A stretch of 64,000 nt of DNA from a candidate division FCPU426 bacterium (GTDB taxonomy: Bacteria; Oederibacteriota; Muellerivitia; Muellerivitales; Muellerivitaceae): positions 1 to 64,000 of the forward strand of contig CAWKAR010000052.1 of assembly GCA_963847625.1 (NCBI GenBank). Direction: 5' to 3'. Below, one piece after another: positions 9,643 through 21,255 of this stretch (positions are counted from its first letter, which is position 1; every line of letters begins with the position of its first letter). Made by a program: the position numbers and the translations under genes. The notes under the pieces were generated by a model. That model ran no database searches, had not been told where the DNA came from, and worked only from the letters and a program-made list of their open reading frames with translations.

Positions 9643-10861
9643 ATGAAAAAAATATTTTGCATTTTTTGTCTGCTGGTTTTGATAAACATTACTTCCGGGT
9701 ATGGAAAACCCAAAGGGAAGAAAACACCGACCCCCACCTCTTCGGCCACCCCCAACCCCAAGCCCGGATGGGTCCCGCCGCCCCACGTGGACAACGACTC
9801 CAAGGCCCTCAACGCGAACGTCGCGGCCCATTATGGGAGTGACACGTCAGGGAACCTCGGTTATTCCATGTTCGACCTTTCCGCCGTAAGAAAACTCGAC
9901 GAGAACGACGTTTCAGCACAGGGAACTGTGAGGGTAACCAAATCCTTTTCCTCATCCGACGACGGTGTCGGCCTTCAATTGAGGGAGGCGAATTTCTCCC
10001 TATCGGAACCTTGGATGGAAGCGCGGATTGGGAGAATGGATTTATCGGATATTGTCAGCACTACCCACTTTTTCGGGCGTTATCCACTGATGGGTTTGAG
10101 GCGGCTGGACGGGGTTAAGCTTTATATCCCCTTCAAGTTCTTTTTCGCCGTGGAGGATTACAAGAGTGTCTCCAGCCCGCCGACTTCGTTGAGTTTTTTC
10201 TATTTCCCGACCCTTTTTTCGGCCCAGGATGCGGTCATTGACGGCTCCCAGGGATATTTCATGGGCCAGCTTAGGATGAAGCTCAATTTCGGGGATCTGA
10301 GGACGGTTCTTCTTTTCAACTTGGGGGCCAGTGCGGCGGATGACTTCCAGTATTCCTCCATGAGCGGTAACCCGGCTTATTCCATTTGCGGGGAGGCTAA
10401 TTTCGCCAGGGACTACACCCTTTACTTCGAGTACGGGGTGCAGGATTCCGCCCATTCAGGCGATACGAACGCTTTCGCCTTCGGGGCCAAGGGAGAGCAT
10501 CTTTTCACTTGGCATTTCCTGTCCCTGGACCGGATCATCCTGGAAGCCCAAATCCCGATTGCGAGCAATCCCGATAATCCCTTTACCGGTGGGAACGGAA
10601 TTGACCCGCCGTCCGCACAGCTTCCCCAGAGGGCCTTGTACGGACAGGCGCGGATACGAATCCGTTCCATTTTCATCGATTTTAACGTCACCGATTCCAT
10701 GGGTGATTTCACCTTTGCCCGGTTGAACCCCTACAAAATCAATACGCCATTACCCCATGCCGGTCGGGGGCGGGAACGAGACAAACGGGCTTGAAATCCC
10801 TCTCCTTTCACTGGGTTACAACACTTAGGCCTTCAGCATTGATACAGGGGTTCAGTTTTGA
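9643..10861 (+). pseudogene. Probable outer-membrane beta-barrel protein, disrupted near the C-terminus
   Basis: Signal peptide and amphipathic beta pattern. After a frameshift near 10750-10790 an alternative frame reads GLEIPLLSLGYNT*AFSIDTGVQF-stop (terminal Phe) with one internal TAG. Confidence 0.55.
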
Positions 10862-11368
10862 AGAGTCTTAGGTCTTTTCATTATCTCAGTCATTGCTATC
10901 CCTCTTTTTGCCGAGCGAGAACCCCTTTATAGCCGTGCGGGAAAGGGACCAATGGGCTATTGAGCAGGTCATGGAGCATAAGGCCCCGGATGAGTCCTGG
11001 GCTGGGAATCCAAACGGGGAAACTCCAGGCACCCACCGGGTAAAGAGGGCTATGCCGAAGGCACTTCCACCGCAATCCCTTTTCAGACCCAAACCTACAA
11101 CTTTCAAACCGAAACCGATGTGGCCAAGGTCAGCGCATTGGTCACGAATTTCGGCCCCAATTTCATCATCGATATTTCAAGCGACCAAACCATCCAGGGA
11201 TGGCTTTTGAAACGCCAATCCACCAGGGAAGTTTTCCTTAAAGGGGGTACGCCCACGGACAACCCCTACAAGTGCCGGATCAGGGTGGACCGGCCCTATA
11301 TCAAGGATTTTGGATTGACCGTTTATGTCACCCAGGACAGCGACCCGGCATTCGTACAGCTTTACTAA
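10858..11368 (+). pseudogene. Frameshifted exported hypothetical protein
   Basis: Signal-like start and overlapping partial ORFs 10893-11210 and 11120-11368 fill the gap between operon genes. Confidence 0.4.
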
Positions 11369-11381
11369 TGGATGGTAAAAA

Positions 11382-11825
11382 ATGGAACAGAACATTTCGG
11401 ATAATTTCAGGGTACTGCATCCATCCTTTTTTCAATACCTTTCTGTTTTCATCGTTCCCTTGGCCTTGTTTCTTTTAGTCCCCCAGGGCGTGAGGCTTGT
11501 CTATGTCATTCGGGGATTCTGGATTCTTGAAGTTTTCCTATTCCTTTGCGTTTGGTTATTCCTAGCAACTACCAAGTTCATTATCAAACCAGATTGGTTT
11601 GAAATCCGCACTGGAATCCTGGTCAAGCGAACTAGAGCCATTCCATATGACAAGATCATCAACATCACCTGCAAACAAAACCTTTTCCAAAAGTTTTTCA
11701 ATATCGGTGACCTTTTCATTGAAATACCTGGTGTGAAACCGTTTGGAGTCGCCTTATCAGGAGTTGAAAGGCATGAGGAATTAGCGGAATTGTTTTTCGC
11801 CCTGAAGAAAAAGGGGGCAATGTGA
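11382..11825 (+). CDS. Membrane protein with bacterial PH (bPH_2-like) domain
   Basis: Two TMs, then RTGILVKRTRAIPYDKI.NI...QNLFQKFFNIGDLFIE. Confidence 0.8.
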   Translation: MEQNISDNFRVLHPSFFQYLSVFIVPLALFLLVPQGVRLVYVIRGFWILEVFLFLCVWLFLATTKFIIKPDWFEIRTGILVKRTRAIPYDKIINITCKQNLFQKFFNIGDLFIEIPGVKPFGVALSGVERHEELAELFFALKKKGAM

Positions 11826-12683
11826 ACCGTATTTTTACTGCATTACTTATCTTGTTCCTTTTCCACATGCCGGTTATCGCCAGTCCTGTTCCCGATGATC
11901 CCAAAATAGAGGAGGCCTTGAAGGCGAACGTTGTTGATTTTAGGGACTGGCTCATGAAACAGCTTTCCCAGTTTCCCAAGGCTGATCCCGCGAGAGTGGT
12001 CGTGAGGAGTTATGCCGCCGCCCCCAGGAAACTCCACATCTTTACGGCTAACCAATATAACGAAGCTAGCCATTCCAATTGGGTGAAATGCCAGGTCATG
12101 CAGGGACTTTCCCTTTTGAGCCAGCAACTTGCCAATACGGCGGGGACTGCTTTCGCGCCCCAGAGCGCCAGCCAACTCCAGCAATACGCTGTCCAATTGA
12201 AGCAAAGCGATGATCCCCAGTTCCAGCAGGCGGGAAGCCTTTACACCCAGGAAGCCCAAGCCTTGCAGTCGGGGAACATCCAGGGAGCCGACCAAGCGGC
12301 CAACCAGGTCGCGGCCTTGCCCCAGCCCTATGTCGCCCCCGGATACCAGCCCAGCCAAAGTGAAAGCCAATTGGCGCAGGCCTTCAACCAGGTCGTCGGG
12401 ACGGTCATCGCCAGCTTGGGTGGAATCCTGGGAACCCTGGCGGTTTCCCAAATTTTGCAGGCCCTTGGGATACCGAACTTAAGTTCACTCTTGGGGACGG
12501 GACAGGCCATTGGGGACATCCCTTGGGTCCGGGCAGAATCCAGGAACGGCGCTGAATACCGCCGGGACCAACACCATCCAGACCGGGGGAAGCGCCGCCC
12601 TCCAGCAATTGGGAAGCGTCAACGTCAAGCAACTGCAATCCCAGGGGTCGGCTAACGCGGGCGGGGCACCGTCAGCCCAATAA
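11822..12683 (+). CDS. Exported Gln/Ala-rich protein with glycine-zipper-like segment; frameshift near 12525
   Basis: Signal peptide; compositionally consistent continuation GQNPGTALNTAG...PSAQ-stop in another frame. Confidence 0.55.
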
Positions 12684-12699
12684 CTTGAAGGAGTAAAAC

Positions 12700-13062
12700 A
12701 TGAGAAAAAGAAACAAATTGGTTTGGATAAAGACGGTCGGGATCACGGTTTGGTTTTTTATTTGCGCGGGCGAGGCCCGTTCCCAGGCCTTGACCAGTAT
12801 GCCGGAGTTGTCCCCGCTGAAGATGATCATCCTGTTTCTCCTGGACGCCTACGGCCTTTGGAAGATTTTGCAGTGCGTCAAGAACGTCCTGGACCACCTG
12901 GCCGAATCCAGCAAGGGGGATACGACCGCCAAGGACCGGGTTTGGGGAAGCGTCCTTGCCATCGTGGGAATCCTCATGGCGGGAGTTGTTTTGAACGTCG
13001 TCATCCTCAAGGCGGGCGAATTCGGGGCGAAGCCCGTCAGTTCCGTTTTGTCGGGGAATTGA
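12700..13062 (+). CDS. VirB2/TrbC-like pilin candidate
   Basis: 120 aa; signal-like N-terminus plus two hydrophobic segments; lies upstream of VirB6/B3/B4-like genes. Confidence 0.45.
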   Translation: MRKRNKLVWIKTVGITVWFFICAGEARSQALTSMPELSPLKMIILFLLDAYGLWKILQCVKNVLDHLAESSKGDTTAKDRVWGSVLAIVGILMAGVVLNVVILKAGEFGAKPVSSVLSGN

Positions 13063-13063
13063 T

Positions 13064-14958
13064 ATGATTAAACGGCTTCCTTCCCCTCATCTTATTTTCC
13101 TTTTGGGCCCCCGGGCTGTTTGGCGTTTCGGTCTTGTCCACCGACAGCGGCCCATCCTCACAGACAATCGAGCAGGGGGTCTCGGGTGGGATTTTCGATG
13201 CCATGGCGAAACACGCGGGGGATTGGGTCGCCCAGGGGATGGATAAGATCGGGAATTGGGCCTTACAAACCCTCTTCAAGATTTACGACAAATACATCGG
13301 CACCTTCCTTATATACATCCCGAATTTGGCCTCGCCCAATACCTACACGGCCTTGACCAACAATATGGGGGCAAACGCCGTCCAGGTGGTCTTGAATCTC
13401 CTGAAGATCACCAGCGGGACGGGCCTTTTCATCCTCATTGTGGGGTTCGTGATCGACACGGGGCAGAGGTCGTCCGGCCTTTGGAACCGGTTCGTGGACC
13501 CAAACCTTGTCATTGGATTCGTGGCGGCGTTTCTATGCCTTTTCGGCTGGCCGACGATTTTTTCCTACCTGACGACCGGCGTGACGGCCATGGGTTACTA
13601 CATCTACAACCAGAACACCTTGAGGACATCGGGGGTTTTGGAGGGCTTCCAGAATATCGACTTGAACGCGGACGGGGGGACCAACGCCTTCCAGTTGTCC
13701 CAATATGACTTCCGGGGGAATTTCATCACGGTCCAGGGGATCACTTGGAATTTGATTTACCTCGTTGCCTTAGGGCTGGTGGTGATCGGTTTTTACAACT
13801 GCTATTCGGCGATTTCGGCGGGGGAATCCCAAAAAGGGAACCACCGGTTTTTCCAGGCCATGGCTGGGATCATCCTTATCCTTGGAATGCCCACCCTTGT
13901 CCATGTCCTCATTTCAAAGGGCGCAGACACCATCGGAAGCCAGCCGGTTATCCCCGGCCAAACTCCCGGCACCTTTTCACTCCAAGGATTAATCCAGGAC
14001 AACGGGGTCCAATATCCCCAGCAATCGGGACAGGCTTCTCCCAATATCGGGACGGCGGGAAATACGGCGGCGGCACCACCGACAAGCCGGTTGGCCGAAT
14101 TTTCAGCCGGGTTGCTCAAGTGCGGGGTCGCCATCTGGGGGCTGATCGTCTGTTTCGCGGTCATTTTCGCGAAGTTCTTCCAGGTGTTGAACCTGTGGGT
14201 CTTGTTCATCCTTGGCCCCATCTTCATCGGCTGTTTGGGACACCCCGCGACCGCCCCCATCTTTTGGGGAGCGGCCCGCTACTTCGTGAAGCTCCTTCTC
14301 TATTCGGTCATTTGGGCCATCACCTTGGTCGGTCTTTACCTGATCCCGAACATCAATTGGGGGGTGGAAACCATCGGGGTGAACAGCCTGCTGACGGCGG
14401 TGGCGGTACTGGCCGGCCTTCAACTGATCGCCAACGCCCAGGAATTCGCGTCGCTTTTCACTGCCTTCAAGGGAGGGAATTTGAAAGGGGAGGGCTACAA
14501 AGAGTTCACCCGTGACACCAAGGGGGCTGTCGTAGGGGCTGAATAAGGCAAGGCTTGGGGCTTTTGGGGCAATGAAAAAGATGACAGGGGAAACCAGCCA
14601 GGCCATGGCAGCCGCAACTGGGGCGGCTGTGGGTTCCATCATTCCGGGGGTTGGGACAGCCAGCGGGGCATTGGCCGGGCAAAGGACCATGCAAGGGTTG
14701 AACACAATCGCGAAATTGGGGGGATCGGCGGTAAGCCCAAACACGGAAGACCCGGATAACCCGGTTTCCAGTTTTCTCAAGAAATTTTCAGGAAACGTCA
14801 TCGCGGGAAGCCTGAAGAGGGATTCCCAAAACGAGGGACGTTTATCCACTAATGAAAAGGAAAAACGCAAGCTTGTCGGCGATTACGCGAAGAAGCTCCA
14901 ACAAGGGAAAGACTATAAAAAGCCGGGGCAGGGACCCCAGGGAAAAGGGACGGCTTAA
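13064..14958 (+). CDS. VirB6/TrbL-like polytopic membrane protein (frameshifts near 13090-13130 and 14540)
   Basis: Many TMs incl. LWVLFILGPIFIG...WG...YFVKLLL; Gly/Ala-rich tail in ORF 14572-14958. Confidence 0.65.
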
Positions 14959-15249
14959 ATGGCGATACCCCTTGAGAAGGAATCCAAAATGTGGGGGCTC
15001 TTTTATTCCTCCGACTTCAACAAGCTGATGTTCGTTTTCATCGGAAATGCCTTTGCCTTCGTTGGTTTCATGATCTTCTGGGGCCTGGAAGGGTCCCTTG
15101 TTATTTTTTTCGGAATCCTGACCCTCGCCACCCTCTATTTCGTGATGAAAAGTTTTTGGCCGGAGAAGCACCTGGAAAACATCATCCGATACAACAACGA
15201 ACCGAAGCATTATTTTCCGGGACGGGAACCAAGCGAGTTGGAAATATGA
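14959..15249 (+). CDS. VirB3/PrgI-like small membrane protein
   Basis: 96 aa, two TMs; overlaps the start of the VirB4-like gene. Confidence 0.55.
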   Translation: MAIPLEKESKMWGLFYSSDFNKLMFVFIGNAFAFVGFMIFWGLEGSLVIFFGILTLATLYFVMKSFWPEKHLENIIRYNNEPKHYFPGREPSELEI

Positions 15250-17823
15250 GGGGATTTTTCGAATCCAAGACCTAAGAACAACCCGGTCGCCGGGTTATTG
15301 AGGATTCGCTCCGTGGGGCCGGGTTACCTCGTCTTGAGGAACCCGGACCAATACGCCTGTCTTTTCAAATTGGCCGGTGGGTTGAACCCATGGATGGAAG
15401 ACCCCGATGTGTTGGGGGAAAAGGTCAGGAAAGTTGGATTCGGTTTTGGCGGATTTGAGGAGCGGGGAGGAAGTCCAATTCCTGACCAAAAGGGTTTTGG
15501 CCGACGTGGAGGACGTCATTCGGCGTTATGAGGAAAGAATTCATGAGAATGCCCCGGAAGTTTTCAGGAACCAATACCCGGAATTTTTGAGGAATTGGCT
15601 CAGGCGGTTCTATGCGGAAGAAAGGATTTGCCATTTCAGGTCTTACATCCTTTTTACAGTTCCCCCACCAACGGTATTCAATAAAGAAAAAGGAACGAAT
15701 GTTATCCCTATTGAGGAAGTCCTCCGGCGTGGGAAAATCCTGGGTTTCCCAACTCAATATCGTGGGTTTGGAGCCCCAGGAAGCCACCGAAGAGGAAATC
15801 ATCACCCTCTTATATGAGGAGTTATCACTCGAAAGATTCCAGGGGAATCCGGACAGGTTCAAGAAATCCTCGGGTTATTCGGGGGGTGAATATGGGATTC
15901 AAACCCTGCGGGAAATGCTTTCCCCGACCCCTTGGGATTTCAGTGAACCGACGTTTTTCAAAGTGGGGGAAACCTTTGGGAAAACCCTCTATGTGACGGA
16001 ATTCCCATCCTTCAACGAGCAGAACCTTTTCTTCCAGGAACTTTACGAGCGGACCGACGATTTCAAGGTTTCCTTCTATATTAAAGGGGTGGATCTGTTT
16101 CGCGCCCAATCCATCGTGGAAAAACAGATCCAAAGCGACCAGGGGGCCTTGTGGAAACGCAAGAACGTCATGAACTTCGAGGCCCAGGCGGCGCTTGATT
16201 ACCGCCAAAGCGTCCTTTCACTCGTTTCGGAAAGGAAAACATCACTCGCCAAATTCTCCCTCTACATCACCTTGTTTTCCAAAAGCCAAAAGGAACTCAC
16301 CTCAAGTTATGAGAGCCTTTCCCGGATGTTCAAGAACGTCCATCCACTTTCCGGGTACGCGGAGCAAAAAAGACTATTCCTCTCAACCATTCCTCAGGCC
16401 ACGGATTTGGCGGGCCATGAACATCTCCAGGCCACGGCGGTCATGGCAAACGCCGTTCCTTGTTTGTACGAGCCCATGGCCGATACGGACGGGGTTCCCT
16501 TGGGAAAAACCCTTTCGGGTGAAATGGTTCATTTGAACCTTTGGGGAAGGGAAACGGAAAACTGGAACGTGCTTGTCGTGGGTTCATCCGGCACGGGGAA
16601 ATCCTTTTCGCATCAACCAGCTTCTCATCAAGAACCTTCCCATGAACCCCTACGTCATGATTATCGACAAGTCCCAATCATATAAAACCCTTTGCCGGTT
16701 GGCTGGGGGGAGATACCTCAACTACGACCTGGACAGCAAACACCACCTGAACATTTTCGATTACCCCCTGGATGAGATAAAGGAAAAGGACGGGGAAATC
16801 GACCCGGAGCATATTTCCAGCATCATCATGTACCTGGGGGTGGTGCTCGCCAATATCAAGGAAAACCGCATCGAGGAATCGGAGGAATTGGACAAGGCCC
16901 TGCTCCAGGAGGCGGTCAAGCAAACCTATCGGAACACTATAGGAGAGGGGCGGGTGCCCCTTTTAACTGACCTCAAAGATACCCTCCTGAAGACGGCCGA
17001 CGACAAGAAAGTTCCTTCCGAATTCCAATACATCTGCCGAAAGCAAGCCGAAGTCTTGAAGCTTTTCACAGGCAAGGGGATGTACGCCAACCTGACGGAC
17101 CGGGAATCCACCGTCAAAGCGGACAATTCCTTCATTGTTTTCGACACGTCGGGTATCAGCGACAACGACAAGAAAGCCGTGGGTTTGGCGGTATTCGTCA
17201 TTTCCAATTACTGCCTATCGAAGGCCAAACAGAACAAGGAATTGAACCGGTTATCCCAACTTGCCATGGATGAGTGTTGGTACTTGGCCCAATACCCGGC
17301 TGGATTAGCCTTCCTACTTAGAATCGCAAAGACTGCCCGGCATTTGAGGCTCCAGCCCATTTTCGCCACCCAGGAAATCGGGGAGTTTTTCGGGGTAAAA
17401 GGTGTGGAGGCAATCCTCAAGAACACCTCCACCAAAATCCTCTTGAAGCTGGTCGGGGACGACATCGACCACGCCAAAGGGCTCTTGCAACTGAACCCAA
17501 ACCAAGTGGAAAAGGTCATGAACCTGCATTTGGTGAAGGGTGTCTATTCCCAAGCCCTGATCCACCAGACCCTCCGTCAGGGAATCGTGAACATCTATCC
17601 CGACGAATTGGCCTACCACATCGCCACCACCTATGGCCCTGAAGCCGCCATCCGCGACCATTACCTGGAAACTTACGCTCCTGACGAGGACCCGGTTGCG
17701 ACTTTAGGGGCCATCGCCAAGTGGATAGAGGACAAGGAAAACAAAACGGTTTTAAAACCCGCCCAAAAGGAAAAAGACGGGCCGCCGGTTGTCCATAAAC
17801 CGGATGGGGTCGGCATGAAATGA
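15246..17823 (+). CDS. virB4: VirB4-like ATPase, split by about four frameshifts
   Basis: NVLVVGSSGTGKS Walker A, IIDKSQSY, MDECW Walker B, ATQE and ILKNTSTKILLK across consecutive partial ORFs (15298, 15407, 15612, 16573). Confidence 0.8.
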
Positions 17824-18415
17824 CCGAACCGAAAAAGGAGGACGAGCATTCCATTCTTGATGTCATCGAGGAGGAACCCCAAAAAAGGGGTACACCTGGA
17901 AAATCATCATCGGACTCGTTGTGGCCCTGGGTGGTTTGGGTTCAACTCTTTTTTGGGGAAAGACCGGGCAGGTGGCGGATTCCAAGAAGGAGGTTTCCGG
18001 TGGAGGGTCCCAGGTTGTAGATAAGGACCCCCAGTACAGGGACATAACGGACTTCGCGGAGAAGTTCAGCATCATGGCTTTCAACATCAGCTACACCGAC
18101 ATCAACCACCAAGTGGACAAGGTGGCGAGCCTTATGAGCGACAACATGATGTCCTATTACCAGGAGGCGTTCCTCGACCCCAAGTGGGTCGCCTTTCTTT
18201 CGGACAACAAGGCTTATGTCTCTTACCAGCAGATCGACCGGTCGAGCGTGGAGAACACGGACGGGACCCACTATTGGGTGAAGGTCATCGGGAAGAACCT
18301 TTACAACTCGGACGCCAGGGGGGCGGGGTCGCAGATTGAGTTGCCTTTCCACCTTGTGGTGGTGGTCAAGCGGGACAACGGGAAACTTATCGTTACGGAT
18401 TTCCAGAGGTTTTAA
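17820..18415 (+). CDS. VirB8/TcpC-like single-TM protein (frameshift near 17885)
   Basis: One TM followed by an NTF2-like alpha/beta pattern; lies after virB4. Confidence 0.5.
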
Positions 18416-18767
18416 GCCATGAATGAAAAAGAGATGCTATTTCAAATCAGACCCAAAGTGGCGAAAGAGATGTCTTGGGAATGTCGCGGCTTTATTGGAA
18501 GAAAGACCTGGTACCAGAAGGCGGTGAGAGGGTTGGAAGACTGGCTAAGGGTCCAGGAAAAAAGTAAGGCCGGATGAAAGCCAAACATTGATTTACGCCC
18601 TTTTCAAAAAACCCAAACGAATGCAGGCACCCCAGGAAATGGTCCTGAAATCGAATTGGCACCTTGTCCTTCTGGCTTCCCTGAATTTTTTGATCTGCTT
18701 TTATCCTGGTGAAGACGAAGGATGAAAAGGGAAGAGTCATCGTCACTAATTTCCAGAGGCTTTTGTG

Positions 18768-20242
18768 ATGGAAGAGAACGTACTGCAAATCAACCCGGAA
18801 TTAGCTAGGCGGTGCCTTCAATCCGCGCATTTGTGCATGGAGACAAACCGTTTCAAGGAAGCCTTGAAGCTTTTTGACGAGGTTATCGCCAGGCACCAGC
18901 CCCAGAACGTGGAGGCCCACCTGGAATCCGCGAAGATTTACGCCAAGTACAAACAGCCCAATTCCATCCTCAAGGTGATCAACCGGCTCCATAACTTTTC
19001 CCCGAAGACCCCGGAAAGTCTCGTTTTGCTTGCCCGCGCCCAACTCCAAATGGGCCTCTATTCCGATTGCCGGGAAAGTTTAAGGGAGATTTCTTCCATG
19101 AGGAGGGATTTCCCTGAGGCTGTGGCTTTGGAGGGGGAATTGTGCATCCGGACGGCGAAATATGAATCCGCCATTGAGAAGTTCGAAGTCCTTAAGCCTG
19201 CGGTATCCCAAGAACTACAACTATTTGACCTTCCTGGCCGTTTCGCATTTCGCCAGCGGCAAATTCCACCGGACCATCACCCTTTGCACCACCCTCATGC
19301 AAGCCGGGGTTTCGGACCCCAAAATCAACCGGCTTTATGAAATGGCTAAAAAGAAAAGACGGCACGAGGCCTTAGGGAAACTGAAAAAAGTCAAACCCCT
19401 CAAATGGCTTTTCGCCCAACTCTTCGATCCCTTCCTGGAAAAGGAGATGAGGGCCGAATCGGAAAGCCAGACCACCCAGGAGGATCTGGTGCAGGAAACC
19501 CTGGTGGACCACAGGACCGGGCTTTTGAACGACCGGGCGGCGGTGCAGCAAATACCCGCCCTTGCCGCCAGGAGGAAGAACCACTTTTACGTCGCCATGG
19601 CCGACATCGACTTTTTCAAATCCTTCAACGACGTCCACTACAACCACCAGGTCGGAAACGCCGTCTTGAAAGCCTTGGCAAAGGCGGGCCAGCAAATCTT
19701 CACCAAAAACAGGATTTGGCGTTATGGGGGCGAGGAGATCGTCTGGGTGCTCGACGGTACGGAGGAAGAGGCGGTGGAAAAAGCCGAGCAGTTCAGGAAG
19801 CAATGCGAGGAAAAGGTTGTGACGGAGGCGAATGAAATTATCCAGAAGGAGGACATTCGGCACTTTACGGACGGGTTGGACCACAAGAAGGACGATATTT
19901 TTCTTATCCATTACCCGGTGACCATCAGCCAGGCCGTCGTGGAATGGGGCGAGGACGGGACCAACCTGGAAGGCATCTTGACGGCGGCGGATCACGGCCT
20001 TTACGCCGCCAAGGAAGGCGGAAGGAACACGGTGGTTTTCCGGGGAACTCCCAGGATGCATCGGCCTCAAACCAGTCAAGTACACGCCGGAGATGCTCGA
20101 AATTCTCCACGAGTTTTGCGCCAAGAAAGGTTCCGCCAATTGGTGGGCCTATTTGGAGACGGCCAATGAGAAGGCGAGAAACGAGGCTTTGGAATTTGCC
20201 AGGAACACCCTGGCCGACAAGGAGGTGCTAACGAAAAAATAG
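18768..20242 (+). CDS. TPR-repeat diguanylate cyclase (GGDEF), frameshifts near 19190 and 20055
   Basis: TPR helices; DHRTGLLN, DIDFFKSFND..NHQVGNAVL, RYGGEE and ADHGLYAAKEGGRN. Confidence 0.8.
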
Positions 20243-20279
20243 TTTCGCATTGGTCATTAAATTCAAAAGGAGAAGGAAC

Positions 20280-20621
20280 ATGGGTTTAAAAGTCAGGATT
20301 ACCAGGATGTTTCCATATGACGGGGAACACACGAAGGCTTTTGTTGGGGCGAAGGTTCAAATATCCGGTCGTGTATTTGGTTACAACGAATTGACGCTCG
20401 TTAAAAAGAAAGAAGGGAATGGTTTGTTCCTGGGCCTTCCTTCTAGGCCTGGAAGGCAGGAGGGGGAGTATCACGATATTTGTTATATGGACCCGAATAC
20501 CCGGAAGGATATTGAGAAAGTCGCAATTGCCGAGTACGAGAAGAAAATCAAGGAAAGCGCACAGGTGCCCATAGAGGATAACCAGGGAACGCGGGAAGAA
20601 AGGAGAAAAGTGAAAAGGTGA
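20280..20621 (+). CDS. SpoVG-like nucleic-acid-binding protein
   Basis: GLFLGLPSRP...GEYHDIC...TRKDIEKVAIAEY. Confidence 0.75.
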   Translation: MGLKVRITRMFPYDGEHTKAFVGAKVQISGRVFGYNELTLVKKKEGNGLFLGLPSRPGRQEGEYHDICYMDPNTRKDIEKVAIAEYEKKIKESAQVPIEDNQGTREERRKVKR

Positions 20622-20651
20622 CGGGCGGAATAAAAATCAAAGGAGGAACAA

Positions 20652-20955
20652 ATGGCTTTAAAGATCAAGGTGACGAGGATGTACCCCTATGAAGGGGAGA
20701 ATACGCAAGGCGTTTTTCGACGTAAAGGTCGCGATATCTAGTTATGAGTTCTACTTCAATGACCTGACTTTGGTGAAGAAGAAGGATGGGGAAGGGTTGT
20801 TTATTGGTTTCCCGTCCAGGCCGGGCAAAAAGGATGGGGAATATTTCCATTTCTGCAACGCCAATAAGAAAGCCAAGGAAGAGATCGAAAAGGCGGCGGT
20901 TGTGGAATTCAAGAAGAAATCAAAGGAAAAAGGCACGGCCCCTTCCGGGGAATAG
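20652..20955 (+). CDS. Second SpoVG-like paralogue (+1 frameshift near 20705)
   Basis: RBS AGGAGG; MALKIKVTRMYPYEGE then KAFFDVKV...GLFIGFPSRPGKKDGEYFH, closely parallel to the preceding gene. Confidence 0.7.
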
Positions 20956-20979
20956 ATTTGAAAAGGGTTGGAGGGAACC

Positions 20980-21255
20980 ATGAGCGAACGGAGAAAAAAT
21001 GAACGCCGGAAAGCCAGCCAGAACTACCTCTTGTCTGACGAGGAAGTAGCCCTGATGGCCCATGTCCCGGTTAATACCGTCTGCTACTGGCGATTGGCGG
21101 GCGTCCTTCCATTCGTGAAAGTCGGGAGGCACCCGAGGGTTTGGCTGTCGGACTTCCAAAAAACTTTCCACCAGCCGAAACCAAATGGGCCTTGGGAACC
21201 TTTGGATAAAAGTGGTAAAATACGAAACGGCAGTGACATTAGGAGGAAGCGATGA
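20980..21255 (+). CDS. Excisionase-like HTH protein
   Basis: LLSDEEVA....VPVNTV.YWR..G.LP.VKVGR pattern; overlaps the integrase start. Confidence 0.75.
   Translation: MSERRKNERRKASQNYLLSDEEVALMAHVPVNTVCYWRLAGVLPFVKVGRHPRVWLSDFQKTFHQPKPNGPWEPLDKSGKIRNGSDIRRKR

Noticed and set aside
10820..10830. Stop-codon reassignment (in-frame TAG)
   Set aside because: Isolated case; TAG terminates normal genes such as tuf and int, so mutation or sequencing error is more likely.
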